Positions 17,083 through 26,485 of a DNA stretch of 32,000 nucleotides are shown one piece after another. Positions within the stretch are counted from its first letter, which is position 1; every line of letters begins with the position of its first letter. The translations under genes and the position numbers were made by a program. The stretch comes from Acaryochloris marina MBIC11017. GTDB taxonomy: Bacteria; Cyanobacteriota; Cyanobacteriia; Thermosynechococcales; Thermosynechococcaceae. Below the pieces are notes generated by a model. It was not told the DNA's origin. It ran no database searches and saw only the letters and a list, made by a program, of their open reading frames with translations. The stretch lies in assembly GCF_000018105.1 (NCBI RefSeq), contig NC_009926.1, positions 90,001-122,000 on the forward strand, written 5' to 3'.

Positions 17083-17217
17083 TGATTTATAGCTGAAAAG
17101 GCTGTGGAGAAAGGGATTGAGGTGAAACTGTAACTTTTTGTTCAAATGCCCCTGCTGGTCCAAATAAGAGTATTATGTTGGAGCAAACAATCACACTATC
17201 AGGCTAGCGAAGGTGTT

Positions 17218-18678
17218 TCAATTTTGGTTGCTCAGGACTGACTTATTTGTCTCAACAGGATGGACTAATTGACCAGCAATAAGGCGGTGATTTCCGTTAA
17301 CAATGACTTGATCATTGTTTTGGAGCGTACCGCGCACAAACACCTTATCTCCCTGGGTATGGAGAACTTCTACATCTCTTTTCTCAACCCGGAAGGTGTT
17401 TGGGGGGTGAATGGACATTTCTGTTTCTCGTAAAGCATAACAAGACCATAGACCTCGAACGCCTCTGACAAGAGCTGTTGTAGGTAGCCAGTAACCAAAA
17501 TCGTCAATGGTTTCAGTTAATTTTAATCGAGTGATTTGACCACTTCGAACTTCCCTGGAAGCTGATGGCTCTATGTGGAGCACTACGGTGAGGGTGCGAG
17601 TCACAGGGTCTATTTGGGGTAAAGTTGCTATAACTTCGGCTTCATACTGTTCTTTCCCAATCACGAGGTGTTGGTTACTACCTATAGGAATCTGGGTAGC
17701 GGCTTCAACGGGAACACCTACATGGGCCTCCAGGGCTTGGTCTTCTAAGAGGGTGAGAATAGGTTGACCCGCTGAAACGACTGTTCCTTCGTCTACCAGG
17801 CGGTTGGCAATTCTGCCGGTAAACGGTGCTCTCAAGATGCTTTGTCTCAGATCAATTTCTAGTCCGTCTAACCTCGCCTCTAATTGTTCTAATGCAGCTG
17901 TTTGAGCCTCAATTTTTTCAGGTCGTGACCCCGTAAGAACCTTATCGAGCTGACTTTGGGCTTCATTCAAACGAGCTTGCACAGTGTTGACTTCCGTAGT
18001 AGCTTCATCCAGATGCTCACGGGGAATGGCACCAGCGGTATAAAGCGCCTGACGACGTTGATGTCTCGATTGAGCGAGTTTCAGTTGAGAGTCTAAATTT
18101 TTAACCGATGATCTCGCTGCTGCAATGGTTTCGGAGCGTGAGCCAGTTCTCAATTCTTTGAGTAATGCATTGGTCTGATTTCTTCCAGCGATCAGTTCCT
18201 GATGTTTGACTCGGAGTTTTTGGGTATCAAGATAAGCTAGGGGCGTCCCCCTTTCGACTTGATCGCCTTGATCAATAGTTAGCCTCAGTAACTTACCAGC
18301 TCGCTCAAAGCTAAGTGGACTGGTCCGGCGAGGAACAATCGTGCCAGTATAAGTCCGCTTAACTTGGTAAGTATGGACTTTGGTAACCTGAAAAGTTTCA
18401 ACAGGAAGAATTGTTGTTGCTTCCGAATCATTAGCATTTGCTGTTTGCCCGGCTCGAAAAGCTGACAGCATTCTTAGATTCGATGCCCATTGCCGACCGT
18501 TAGGTGTTAATCCAATAATCATCAAGCCAAATATCAGCAGAATACTGGCTCGACTGGAAAATGCAAATTTGGGAATGTTGTGTCTATCAGTATTCTGCAG
18601 GAGCTGTTTCAACAATCGCTCAACCCAACTTCCCTCTGAGTCCTTTTTGGTATGTTGTTGGTCGGATGACTCTTTCAT
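17218..18678 (-). CDS. Efflux RND transporter periplasmic adaptor subunit (HlyD/MFP family)
   Basis: It has an N-terminal TM anchor (ILLIFGLMIIGL), a barrel-sandwich/lipoyl-like segment, long coiled-coil repeats (LDSQLKLAQSR..., LNEAQSQLDKV..., LEQLEARLDGLE) and a beta-barrel C-terminus. Its ATG overlaps the upstream TGA (ATGA at 18675-18678). Confidence 0.9.
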   Translation of the reverse strand: MKESSDQQHTKKDSEGSWVERLLKQLLQNTDRHNIPKFAFSSRASILLIFGLMIIGLTPNGRQWASNLRMLSAFRAGQTANANDSEATTILPVETFQVTKVHTYQVKRTYTGTIVPRRTSPLSFERAGKLLRLTIDQGDQVERGTPLAYLDTQKLRVKHQELIAGRNQTNALLKELRTGSRSETIAAARSSVKNLDSQLKLAQSRHQRRQALYTAGAIPREHLDEATTEVNTVQARLNEAQSQLDKVLTGSRPEKIEAQTAALEQLEARLDGLEIDLRQSILRAPFTGRIANRLVDEGTVVSAGQPILTLLEDQALEAHVGVPVEAATQIPIGSNQHLVIGKEQYEAEVIATLPQIDPVTRTLTVVLHIEPSASREVRSGQITRLKLTETIDDFGYWLPTTALVRGVRGLWSCYALRETEMSIHPPNTFRVEKRDVEVLHTQGDKVFVRGTLQNNDQVIVNGNHRLIAGQLVHPVETNKSVLSNQN

Positions 18679-21600
18679 GATGTTGGGTTCCCTGAAAGTT
18701 TAAAGGATTTGGGATAGGTTTGACCAAACACGATGAGGTAAGCACAGGGAACAAAGAACAATGCCAGGAAAGTAGCCCCACCCACGCCTCCAGCAATACA
18801 AATGGCTAAAGGAGGCCAAAGTTCTCCACCATCAAGCAAGAGGGGAATAAACCCAGAAACGGTCGTAATAGTAGTGGTGAGGACATGGCGAGTTGAGCGC
18901 ACAATCACATCAACCATTGCTGGGCGAAATCCTTTTCGGGCTCGGGGATTTGTGCGGATAGCGGCGAGCACTACAATTGAGTCATTAATGGCTACTCCAA
19001 CTAAACCCACCGTGCCTAAAATGGCCATGAAACCGAGTGGATAACCAAAAAGCCATAAGGAGGCAAGTGCAAGGCCTACTGAACCAACAGCAACTAATAA
19101 GATGATGCCGGCACTCCGGAAGGAATTAAAAGAGAGAACAAGGACAGAAACCATTAAAACAATAAAGATTCCTGCAGTGGAAAGTAAATTGCCGACTGCT
19201 TCATTACGTTCAGCTGCTTCTCCCCCCCATTCCATTGAATAACCTGGCGGAAGTTGAAAATTGCTGTTATTTAGGCGTTGTTGGAAATCAGCTAGGACAG
19301 TTGACGGTAATACCCCCGCTGTTATGAATCCTTGAACTGTATTGACTCTTTGACCATTGCGTCGAGTAATGATGGCCGTTTCGGGGATCAGGTCGATTTG
19401 CCCCAGAGCTGATAGAGGGATAGAAGTGGATTTTTCTGGGCTTAACGGAGGTTTGGGTACTAAACCAATCGTCGTAATCTGGTCGAGGTTAGCACGATTA
19501 TCGCTACTTAGACGAACTCGCAAGGGCAATTCAACTGTATCTTCGAGGATAGACCCCCCGACAGTGCCTTCTAAGTTTGTATTGAGTTGCTGGGCGATTT
19601 GAGTGTTATCTAGCCCCGTGAGTTGAGCTTGTTCTTCATCCAAGGAGAGAGTTAATTTTGGTAGAAATTCTCCCAAGCTGGTACGTGTATGGATAACTTG
19701 AGGAACTTGAACTAATTCAGAGCGAACTTGGTTTCCAAGCTCCTCAAGAATATCCAGATCAGGGCCATAAACTCGCAATTCAATAGGGGGAATAGGAAGG
19801 GCCTGCTTTAACTGTTCGACAAGGATTCGGGCAGAGGGAAAACCTTGATCTAGTTCCCTTTGCAAATTATGAATAAGCTTAGGAATAGATCTCCCAGTAT
19901 TTGTTTGAACCATTGCAGTAGCATAGTGGGGAACTTCTCCCTTAATCCCATGTCGGGCAACCGTATAGTAGAAGGTAGGTGCGTATGTTCCGATAAACCA
20001 ATGGAGATCAGTGACTTCAGAGTGTTGAGCGATCAGATTGCTCGCTTTCTCAACGATAGATTTTGTCTGCTCCATGGAGGTAGACAGAGGAAGTTCTAAC
20101 TTGATTTGAAATTGATTTCGCTCTGCTGGAGGGAAAAACTGTTCTGGGATATGACCTACAGCCATAAAACCTATAATGGGCAAGATAATGGCTAGTCCTA
20201 CTCCTAATAGCGGAGTTGTTAAAATTGAGCCTAAGATACGGCGATAAACTTTAGTAATTTGTGGGTTCGAGAAACCGGTTCGCCACCAAGCCATGTTTCT
20301 TTGGTGAATCTCCCCTTTCTGATACATCCTACTCATGATTGCAGGAATAATTGTTAGGGAGAATAATAGGGAGCTACTGATGGCGACGATGACACTGATG
20401 GAGATTGTTCTTACATATTCGCCGATATGTCCCCGTAAAATAGCAATAGGAAAGAAGGTAAGAACAGTGGTTAGGGTAGAGGCCAGTAAGGGAATAGCTA
20501 GATAACTGACCGCCCGGGCAATAGCTTTTTGGGGATTTAAGCCCTCTTCAAATAAGTGTTTTATTTCATCAACCACAACTATGGCGTTGTCAATTAGCAT
20601 CCCCAAAGCAATGACTAAACCCGTTAGTGACATCTGATGTAGGGGAATCTCTAATAACCTCATCCCTCCAAATACCATCAGTATGGATAAGGGCAGTGAT
20701 AACCCCAACACGAGTGCAGATTTTCCTCCCATTAGAAGGGTTGTACTGGCAACGACAAATACTACGCCGATCATCAGATTCATGAAAAGACTATTCAATC
20801 TAGTCTCGACATAACGATTTTGATTAAGGATAATGTCCAAACCAATATCGGATGATATGGTGCCGCGAAATGCTTCTAAAGTCTGGTTGGCCTCTTCCAT
20901 CCATTGGTCAACCCGCCTGTTAGGTTCAACTAAAACTGCTAAGGTAATTCCTGGTTTGCCATTGATAATTGCTAGTTCGCTCGGTGGGTCTCGCCTACTC
21001 TTTTTTACTAGGGCAATATCCCCCAAAGGTATTAATTGTTCTGAATTTTTGTCAGTACGGATTGGAATTTGACGAATCCGTTCAAGAGAGTCTATTTCAC
21101 TATTTACTTCAAGTAATAGGTCATTATTCGGGCTAAGTAACCTTCCTGAAGATACTTTGGCGTCGCTGAGGCGAATTTGTTGAGCAAGCTGCTGGGGAGT
21201 AATCCCTAATTTTCCTAATACGACTGGATTAATCTCAACTAGAATTTCTTCAGAAGGGGCACCCCAAAACTCAATCTCCTCTATACCTCCAATGCCCCGT
21301 AGTTGTTGTTTAAGATTCTCGGAAAGGCGATTCAAGATGGCATAATTGGGTGGAGTATCTAATTCCCAGGTGAGGGCAACTATCAGGGTGTAACCCCTAC
21401 CGTCATTCATGTCCTCATATTTGGGAGCTAATACACCTGATGGTAATTGGGGAGTAATATCAGCAATTCGATCACGTATGCTAGACCATACCTCATCATG
21501 ATTTTTAACAGTATCTTTGAGTACTATAAAGATTAAGGATGTACCTAGCTGTGAAGTGGATTCAATAAATTTTATTTCCTCAACTTCCTGAAGTTTTTGT

Positions 21601-21797
21601 TCTAATTTTTCAGTTACTAAAGAATCTACTCTTGTGGCACTTGCACTTGGAAAGCGAGTGGTTATTTTGCCAGTCCACTGGCTTATGGCAGGATCTTCCA
21701 TTCGAGGTAGAACATGAAATGAAGATAGTCCCCACACTAAAATAATGCATATTGTCAGAATTAGTAGCCGGGTATTCCGGTAAAAATGGGTCCACAT
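18675..21797 (-). CDS. Efflux RND transporter permease subunit (AcrB/AcrD/AcrF family)
   Basis: The ~1040-aa protein shows the 12-TM RND layout with two large periplasmic loops. Conserved TM4-type segment: LGMLIDNAIVVVDEI. Second-half equivalent: GLVGVAINDSIVVL. I preferred ATG 21797 (MWTHFYRN) over the TTG track start at 21809. Confidence 0.9.
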   Translation of the reverse strand: MWTHFYRNTRLLILTICIILVWGLSSFHVLPRMEDPAISQWTGKITTRFPSASATRVDSLVTEKLEQKLQEVEEIKFIESTSQLGTSLIFIVLKDTVKNHDEVWSSIRDRIADITPQLPSGVLAPKYEDMNDGRGYTLIVALTWELDTPPNYAILNRLSENLKQQLRGIGGIEEIEFWGAPSEEILVEINPVVLGKLGITPQQLAQQIRLSDAKVSSGRLLSPNNDLLLEVNSEIDSLERIRQIPIRTDKNSEQLIPLGDIALVKKSRRDPPSELAIINGKPGITLAVLVEPNRRVDQWMEEANQTLEAFRGTISSDIGLDIILNQNRYVETRLNSLFMNLMIGVVFVVASTTLLMGGKSALVLGLSLPLSILMVFGGMRLLEIPLHQMSLTGLVIALGMLIDNAIVVVDEIKHLFEEGLNPQKAIARAVSYLAIPLLASTLTTVLTFFPIAILRGHIGEYVRTISISVIVAISSSLLFSLTIIPAIMSRMYQKGEIHQRNMAWWRTGFSNPQITKVYRRILGSILTTPLLGVGLAIILPIIGFMAVGHIPEQFFPPAERNQFQIKLELPLSTSMEQTKSIVEKASNLIAQHSEVTDLHWFIGTYAPTFYYTVARHGIKGEVPHYATAMVQTNTGRSIPKLIHNLQRELDQGFPSARILVEQLKQALPIPPIELRVYGPDLDILEELGNQVRSELVQVPQVIHTRTSLGEFLPKLTLSLDEEQAQLTGLDNTQIAQQLNTNLEGTVGGSILEDTVELPLRVRLSSDNRANLDQITTIGLVPKPPLSPEKSTSIPLSALGQIDLIPETAIITRRNGQRVNTVQGFITAGVLPSTVLADFQQRLNNSNFQLPPGYSMEWGGEAAERNEAVGNLLSTAGIFIVLMVSVLVLSFNSFRSAGIILLVAVGSVGLALASLWLFGYPLGFMAILGTVGLVGVAINDSIVVLAAIRTNPRARKGFRPAMVDVIVRSTRHVLTTTITTVSGFIPLLLDGGELWPPLAICIAGGVGGATFLALFFVPCAYLIVFGQTYPKSFKLSGNPTS

Positions 21798-21858
21798 TTC
21801 TATTTTCAATGTGATTAGAGTATTACTGAATAGATGCTCTATAGACCCACAAAGGAAC

Positions 21859-21886
21859 AGAACTAGCAGATTGATAAGCTAGTTCT
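21859..21886. promoter_or_regulatory. Perfect 9-bp inverted repeat upstream of the RND operon (candidate operator)
   Basis: AGAACTAGC (21859-21867) and GCTAGTTCT (21878-21886) are separated by a 10-nt spacer, 62-89 nt upstream of ATG 21797. Confidence 0.3.
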
Positions 21887-22327
21887 CGTCATATTAAACC
21901 TATTCAGCATGAAGTCACTTGGTTACAAGAGACCTATGCACCTTGTTAATGAAAGAATACCCAATTAAGCCATTAACTATGCCTCGTAAGTCTCCGATAT
22001 GATTGGGGCATTCGATCATTACCATGGTCATAGCCGCATCCAACAAATCCAGGAGCTCTCAAACCCATAGGTCTTAACTGACAGACCCACCTCAGGGTGA
22101 CAACCTCATGTTATGGAGATACGCTGCCAGCAACAGAAAAAGTGTGGATTTATAACCAGCGGTTAAACCCCTCTTTAAAGCGGGTTTTAAAGCCTCTAAT
22201 TTAACCGGAAATTTTTGCCTGGAGAGACTCCATCGCAACCCCTTTGAGACTTTAAAATACCTTGAGTCATTTCGATGAGTTTATTTAAATGTTGCTTTAT
22301 ATTTTAAACAGATTAATGATTCTAATC

Positions 22328-23707
22328 TCATATAATATCTACCGAAGCTTGACAACTTACAACCTGAAGAAAATTTCTGATTTTATTTTCCAATTCCTCC
22401 CATTCTGCCTCTGGTTGAGAATCTGAAATGATACCTGCTCCAGCAAATAAAATCAGTTTATTCCTTTGAATTAAACCTGACCGAATTGAAACTAAAAACT
22501 CAGCACTGTCAAGAGCTACCCATCCTATAGGAGATGCATAAAATCCCCTCGAAAAAGTCTCTAGACTAGCGATTAGTTCTAATGCTTTTTGTCTAGGATA
22601 ACCACCTACTGCGGGTGTAGGATGGAGTTGATTAATAATGTCCGCATCACTTATTTCAGGATTCAGAATTCCAGAACAATGAGAGTATAAATGTTGTACT
22701 TGATTGAGGCGCAATAAATTGGGGTCTTCCGCGATATTAACCTGATGACATAACGTGCTAAGAGTTTCTTGCAAACCTTTCAATACTAATTTATGCTCCC
22801 TAATTTCTTTAGGGGAAGATAGCAACTCTTTAGCAAAATTATTATCTTCTTGGTAAGATGCCCCTCTGGGGCGAGTTCCGGCAATTGCCTCAGTTTGAAT
22901 CTGACTACTTTGTCGCCAATAAAGACGTTCAGGTGTAGAACCAATAAAAGCTTTATCTCTATCTAGCTGAAAGCAAAATTGAAAAGAACAGTTTTGCTCC
23001 TTTTGGATTAAACTCAACAAATGTTCTGGCTGACAAGAGTCTACAATTGTAAACTCAGTTTGTCTAGCTAAAACTACCTTCTCAAGTATACCTTGATCAA
23101 GATAAGTTAATCCCTTATTGACATTGTTATACCACTGTAGCTGATTAGGAAAATCGACTCGCTTAGATAATTGAGGTTTTTCGCATTGTTGATGAGGTAA
23201 GTTAAAATTAATAGCTGCTAGTTCTTGCAATGTTTGCTGGATCTTTTTATTTGCATTATCGCTGTGATGTAATAGTAAATTCAACGCTAAATAGGTGCCA
23301 GCTTGATCCTTGAAAACTTCAAATTTGGGAACAAGAAAAAAATGATTTCCAAAATCCTGCCAAGGATAACTAGCAATCTGATTTTGCGAAAAACATATAC
23401 CCCCATAGTAACGAACGCAGGAATATTTGCAGGACAGAAATTTTCTTAAGCGTTTAAAGAGAACATGGGAGCTTGCTTTTTCCCTGCTAAATACTAAATC
23501 AGCTGATCCAATACCAGCCATTTCAAACCTATCATGCCTGTCTGACCAATAAGTTTTTATGATGGATTTTTGTTGGCTTAACCAGTGCAATGGTTCTATA
23601 TCATGATCTATAGATACTTCTAAACGAACAATTTTACTCTGAGAATTTTCTGCTAGTGTCTTGAGTTCATCAACAATAAAATCTATAATTTTCCTATGTA
23701 AGCACAT
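22328..23707 (-). CDS. menF: Isochorismate synthase
   Basis: Chorismate-binding-enzyme motifs are present: AIAGTRPRG, LHPTPAVGGYPRQKALELI and GFYASPIGWV...F.VSIRS. I chose ATG 23707 (MCLHRK); the track start at 23719 is TTG. The gene is markedly AT-rich. Confidence 0.85.
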   Translation of the reverse strand: MCLHRKIIDFIVDELKTLAENSQSKIVRLEVSIDHDIEPLHWLSQQKSIIKTYWSDRHDRFEMAGIGSADLVFSREKASSHVLFKRLRKFLSCKYSCVRYYGGICFSQNQIASYPWQDFGNHFFLVPKFEVFKDQAGTYLALNLLLHHSDNANKKIQQTLQELAAINFNLPHQQCEKPQLSKRVDFPNQLQWYNNVNKGLTYLDQGILEKVVLARQTEFTIVDSCQPEHLLSLIQKEQNCSFQFCFQLDRDKAFIGSTPERLYWRQSSQIQTEAIAGTRPRGASYQEDNNFAKELLSSPKEIREHKLVLKGLQETLSTLCHQVNIAEDPNLLRLNQVQHLYSHCSGILNPEISDADIINQLHPTPAVGGYPRQKALELIASLETFSRGFYASPIGWVALDSAEFLVSIRSGLIQRNKLILFAGAGIISDSQPEAEWEELENKIRNFLQVVSCQASVDII

Positions 23708-23940
23708 AGTGTTAATCAAAATAATATTCTTTTAAAGTGTCTATATTTTCCTAAGTTCAGAAAAAGCAAACTCAAATTTTTTAGAGTTTAACTTACATCT
23801 GTTTGGATAAAAATTAGGTGTATTAGGTAGGAGTGAGTATAGTCTGATTATTAGAAGTGATCTTGTTAATCTTCGAGTCTTGGAACCATCTCTGGGAGAG
23901 AATTCCAGATTCTGGTAGCTAAACCCCAGACTTAGAACAG

Positions 23941-24186
23941 CTTTACGTGGGTGGAGACATTAAATCCCAAATCTGTATCCAGTATTCCCAAGGTATTGTT
24001 GAATGTTCCAGCAATGAACAATTCCCCAGTGGTCGCATTGAAAGTAATCTCACTCAAATTCGAAAACTCCAAAACCGCTTGGTTAATTTCTTATGTATCA
24101 CCCTCCGTGGCTGGAAATCTGTGATCCAGTCGATGCCCCATGATGCCCCATTCACCTCAAATACGAACGTATCCGCCAACCTTGAC
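23941..24186 (-). pseudogene. Remnant of the C-terminus of an RTX/hemolysin-type calcium-binding protein
   Basis: The reverse strand reads ADTFVFEVNGASWGIDWITDFQ. After a frame change it reads ATEGDT*EINQAVLEFSNLSEITFNATTGELFIAGTFNNTLGILDTDLG. This follows the usual G.DTFVF....D.ITDF..G.DKIDLS tail pattern, with one frameshift and one stop. No start or upstream repeats are present. Confidence 0.35.
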
Positions 24187-24229
24187 TATCATCTAATAAG
24201 GAAGAGTAGAAAATCATGAATTAGGTGGT

Positions 24230-25342
24230 TTAGGCTTGAGATTCTGAATAGACTGGGAAGTCTGTGTATCCTTCCCTATCGAATGAGTACCAAATACTCT
24301 GCTCTGCAGGTGGGTTTAAGGGCCAGCCATTTGTGAAACGTTCCACTAGATCTGGATTGCTGATGAACGGTCGGCCAAAAGCGATTAAATCAGCGTGACC
24401 GTTCGAAATTCTATCGTCTGCATCCTCTTGACTATATCCACAGTTGCCAATGATAGTTCCGTTATAGACAGACCGAAATTCAGATAATTGCATGGGCTCA
24501 CCTAACTCATGGAATCCAAAGGCCAGACCGTCTAAAACGTGGAGATAAGCTAGATCAAAGGTATTTAGCTGCTTAGCAACATACAAGAATGTTTCACGAT
24601 AGTCTTGTGACCCCATGTCGTTATAGATACCATTCGGTGAAAGCCGAACACCGATGCGCTGAGTTGGCCAGACTTGGGAAATTGCCTCTACAACTTCCTT
24701 TAGAAATCGATAGCGGTTTTCCAAAGTTCCACCGTAACGATCTTGACGTTGATTGGTTTTACTTTGCAAGAAGCAATCAAGCAGATAACCGTTGGCACTG
24801 TGAATTTCCACACCGTCAAAGCCAGCCGTTTTGGCATTGATAGCAGCTTGTCGATAATCTTCAACAACCAGTGGAATCTCATCGGTACTTAAAGCACGTG
24901 GGTTTTCATAGGGCTGCTTGCCTTGTGGGGTATGAATTGAGTCCCCCTCAAGTTTGATAGCTGAGGGGGCTACAGGTAGCTGATGATCCTGATGAAAGCT
25001 GCTGTGAGAAGCTCGTCCACAATGCCAAAGTTGTAGAAAAACCTTACCCCCTTTTTCATGAACAGCTTTAGTTACTACTTGCCAAGCTTGGGTTTGCTCT
25101 TGGGTGTAAATTCCAGGAACATGCTGCCAACCGATGGCTTGGTCTGAGATAAAGGTTCCTTCTGTGACAATCAAGCCTGTTGATGCCCGTTGAGCGTAAT
25201 ATTCAGCCATCATTGCATTCGCCAACATTTCTTCCCCAGCTCGCGATCTTGTCATGGGAGCCATGACTATACGATTGGCGAGTGGCAAATCATGAAGATT
25301 GAAACTGCTGAGTAATGTCGGGGATGTTCCTGTTGCCGTCAT
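24230..25342 (-). CDS. Old Yellow Enzyme family NADH:flavin oxidoreductase / alkene reductase (NemA-like)
   Basis: MAPMTRSRA, FLQLWHCGRASH and GVEIHSANGYLLDCFL are present, along with the C-terminal FGRPFISNPDLVERF motif typical of OYE/NemA proteins. Confidence 0.9.
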   Translation of the reverse strand: MTATGTSPTLLSSFNLHDLPLANRIVMAPMTRSRAGEEMLANAMMAEYYAQRASTGLIVTEGTFISDQAIGWQHVPGIYTQEQTQAWQVVTKAVHEKGGKVFLQLWHCGRASHSSFHQDHQLPVAPSAIKLEGDSIHTPQGKQPYENPRALSTDEIPLVVEDYRQAAINAKTAGFDGVEIHSANGYLLDCFLQSKTNQRQDRYGGTLENRYRFLKEVVEAISQVWPTQRIGVRLSPNGIYNDMGSQDYRETFLYVAKQLNTFDLAYLHVLDGLAFGFHELGEPMQLSEFRSVYNGTIIGNCGYSQEDADDRISNGHADLIAFGRPFISNPDLVERFTNGWPLNPPAEQSIWYSFDREGYTDFPVYSESQA

Positions 25343-25451
25343 TTCACGATTCTATTGAATTAAGTAATAACCAGAAAATTGTATCTTGAAGCGTGTGAAG
25401 TCTTAGTTACTAGCAACACACACCTAACATAACCAGTTACCCAGAGCTAAT

Positions 25452-26372
25452 TTAGGAATTCTCCAAATTTTGCAACCAAGCATTCAAATCATCTAAGCTC
25501 TCGAATTCCAAAAGTGCTTCGCTCAGTGATTCAAGTTGATCAACCTCTAAGGATTGAATTTGAGTTTCCATTTCGGGAGAAAGCTGCTTAAACTTCCGAT
25601 TAAGTTGACGTAAAACAATACTCACCTCTCCTTTTTGCCAACCCCTTTCTTCCCAGCTAGTCAAAGTTTGCATGATGGCTTCTCGTTCTCCTAATTCTAA
25701 TGTATCAATTTCTGTTTGAAAGCGTTGCTCCTCGTTTGCTTCTAGTCGGAGATACGTGTCGATAAATTGAGAAATGAACTCTGTTCTAGCTGGATCAAGC
25801 TGCAAGGTAGCCAGCATCCTCAAACACTCCACTTTGACTCGTGGCCGATCCTCTTTAGCAATCTGCATCTTAGCCATCAATGCCGAAGCCACAGGATTAT
25901 GCTGCCTCAGATAGTCTCGCCAGTTCAAACGATTGAGTTGAATGGCTCGGAAATTGAACTGCAAGACCTGGAAATCGGGAAACTCAACTTTGTAGCTGCT
26001 CTCTGCTTCCTTTTGAGGACTGTCATAGGAGAAAATCACCACAGGATAAATGGGCAAATCATATTTCTCATGCAGCCTCCCAAAGTAGCAGAACATGCGT
26101 TTCTCAAAGTCCGCTTGAACTGACGATTGGGGTTCTATGTGAAATAGAAAGTAGCTGTCCTGTCCTCGAAACTGGACTTGAGCCAGCAAGTCAATGATAC
26201 GCTTCTCCTCCGCGCCAATACTGCTGAAGACTTCCTGATACAAAAACGTGACGGGTCCGCGCTCCACATAGTCTAAGACTTGAGGTAAAAACAAATCTAA
26301 GAATTCCCAAAAGAACGTCTCGATCAGTTCTTTGAACAGACCATCATGGTCAATGGATTCCCGTTGTGTCAC
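25452..26372 (-). CDS. Rpn-family recombination-promoting nuclease / putative transposase with a DUF4351-type C-terminus
   Basis: N-terminal DHDGLFKELIETFFWEFLDLFLP is followed by a PD-(D/E)xK-like IDLLAQV...LFHIEPQS core. The C-terminus is the repetitive helical tail LRQLNRKFKQLSPEMETQIQSLEVDQLESLSEALLEF. GTG start. Confidence 0.75.
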   Translation of the reverse strand: MTQRESIDHDGLFKELIETFFWEFLDLFLPQVLDYVERGPVTFLYQEVFSSIGAEEKRIIDLLAQVQFRGQDSYFLFHIEPQSSVQADFEKRMFCYFGRLHEKYDLPIYPVVIFSYDSPQKEAESSYKVEFPDFQVLQFNFRAIQLNRLNWRDYLRQHNPVASALMAKMQIAKEDRPRVKVECLRMLATLQLDPARTEFISQFIDTYLRLEANEEQRFQTEIDTLELGEREAIMQTLTSWEERGWQKGEVSIVLRQLNRKFKQLSPEMETQIQSLEVDQLESLSEALLEFESLDDLNAWLQNLENS

Positions 26373-26485
26373 CCGCTGCTCCGTGATTCGTATTCGATTC
26401 GCTGATTGAGTGTATCACTGGCATATCATCCGAGTTATCCAGGTACGGCTTCTTGCAGAGGTCTTCTAAAAAAGTGTGAAAGTCA

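Larger units (their letters stand above)
16374..17162. mobile_element. Internally deleted Tn3-family transposon remnant: IR, tnpR 3' fragment, tnpA 3' fragment, IR
   Basis: The left end 16374-16420 and the reverse complement of 17121-17162 are inverted repeats: TGGACCAGC(G/A)GGGGCATT(T)GAACA(G/A)AAAGTTA..GTTTC, about 35 of the first 40 nt identical. The interior encodes only C-terminal pieces of a resolvase (minus) and a Tn3-type transposase (plus). No 5-bp TSD was found. Confidence 0.75.

Noticed and set aside
13047-17167. Searched for 5-bp target-site duplications for the Tn3-derived ends
   Set aside because: The flanks are CTTCT (left of 13052), CCATC (left of 16374) and AATAA (right of 17162). 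No pairing matches, so I cannot claim an intact transposition footprint.
23947-24219. 90-aa ORF on the plus strand
   Set aside because: The opposite strand carries the recognisable, though broken, RTX-tail motifs, and the plus-strand product has no features.
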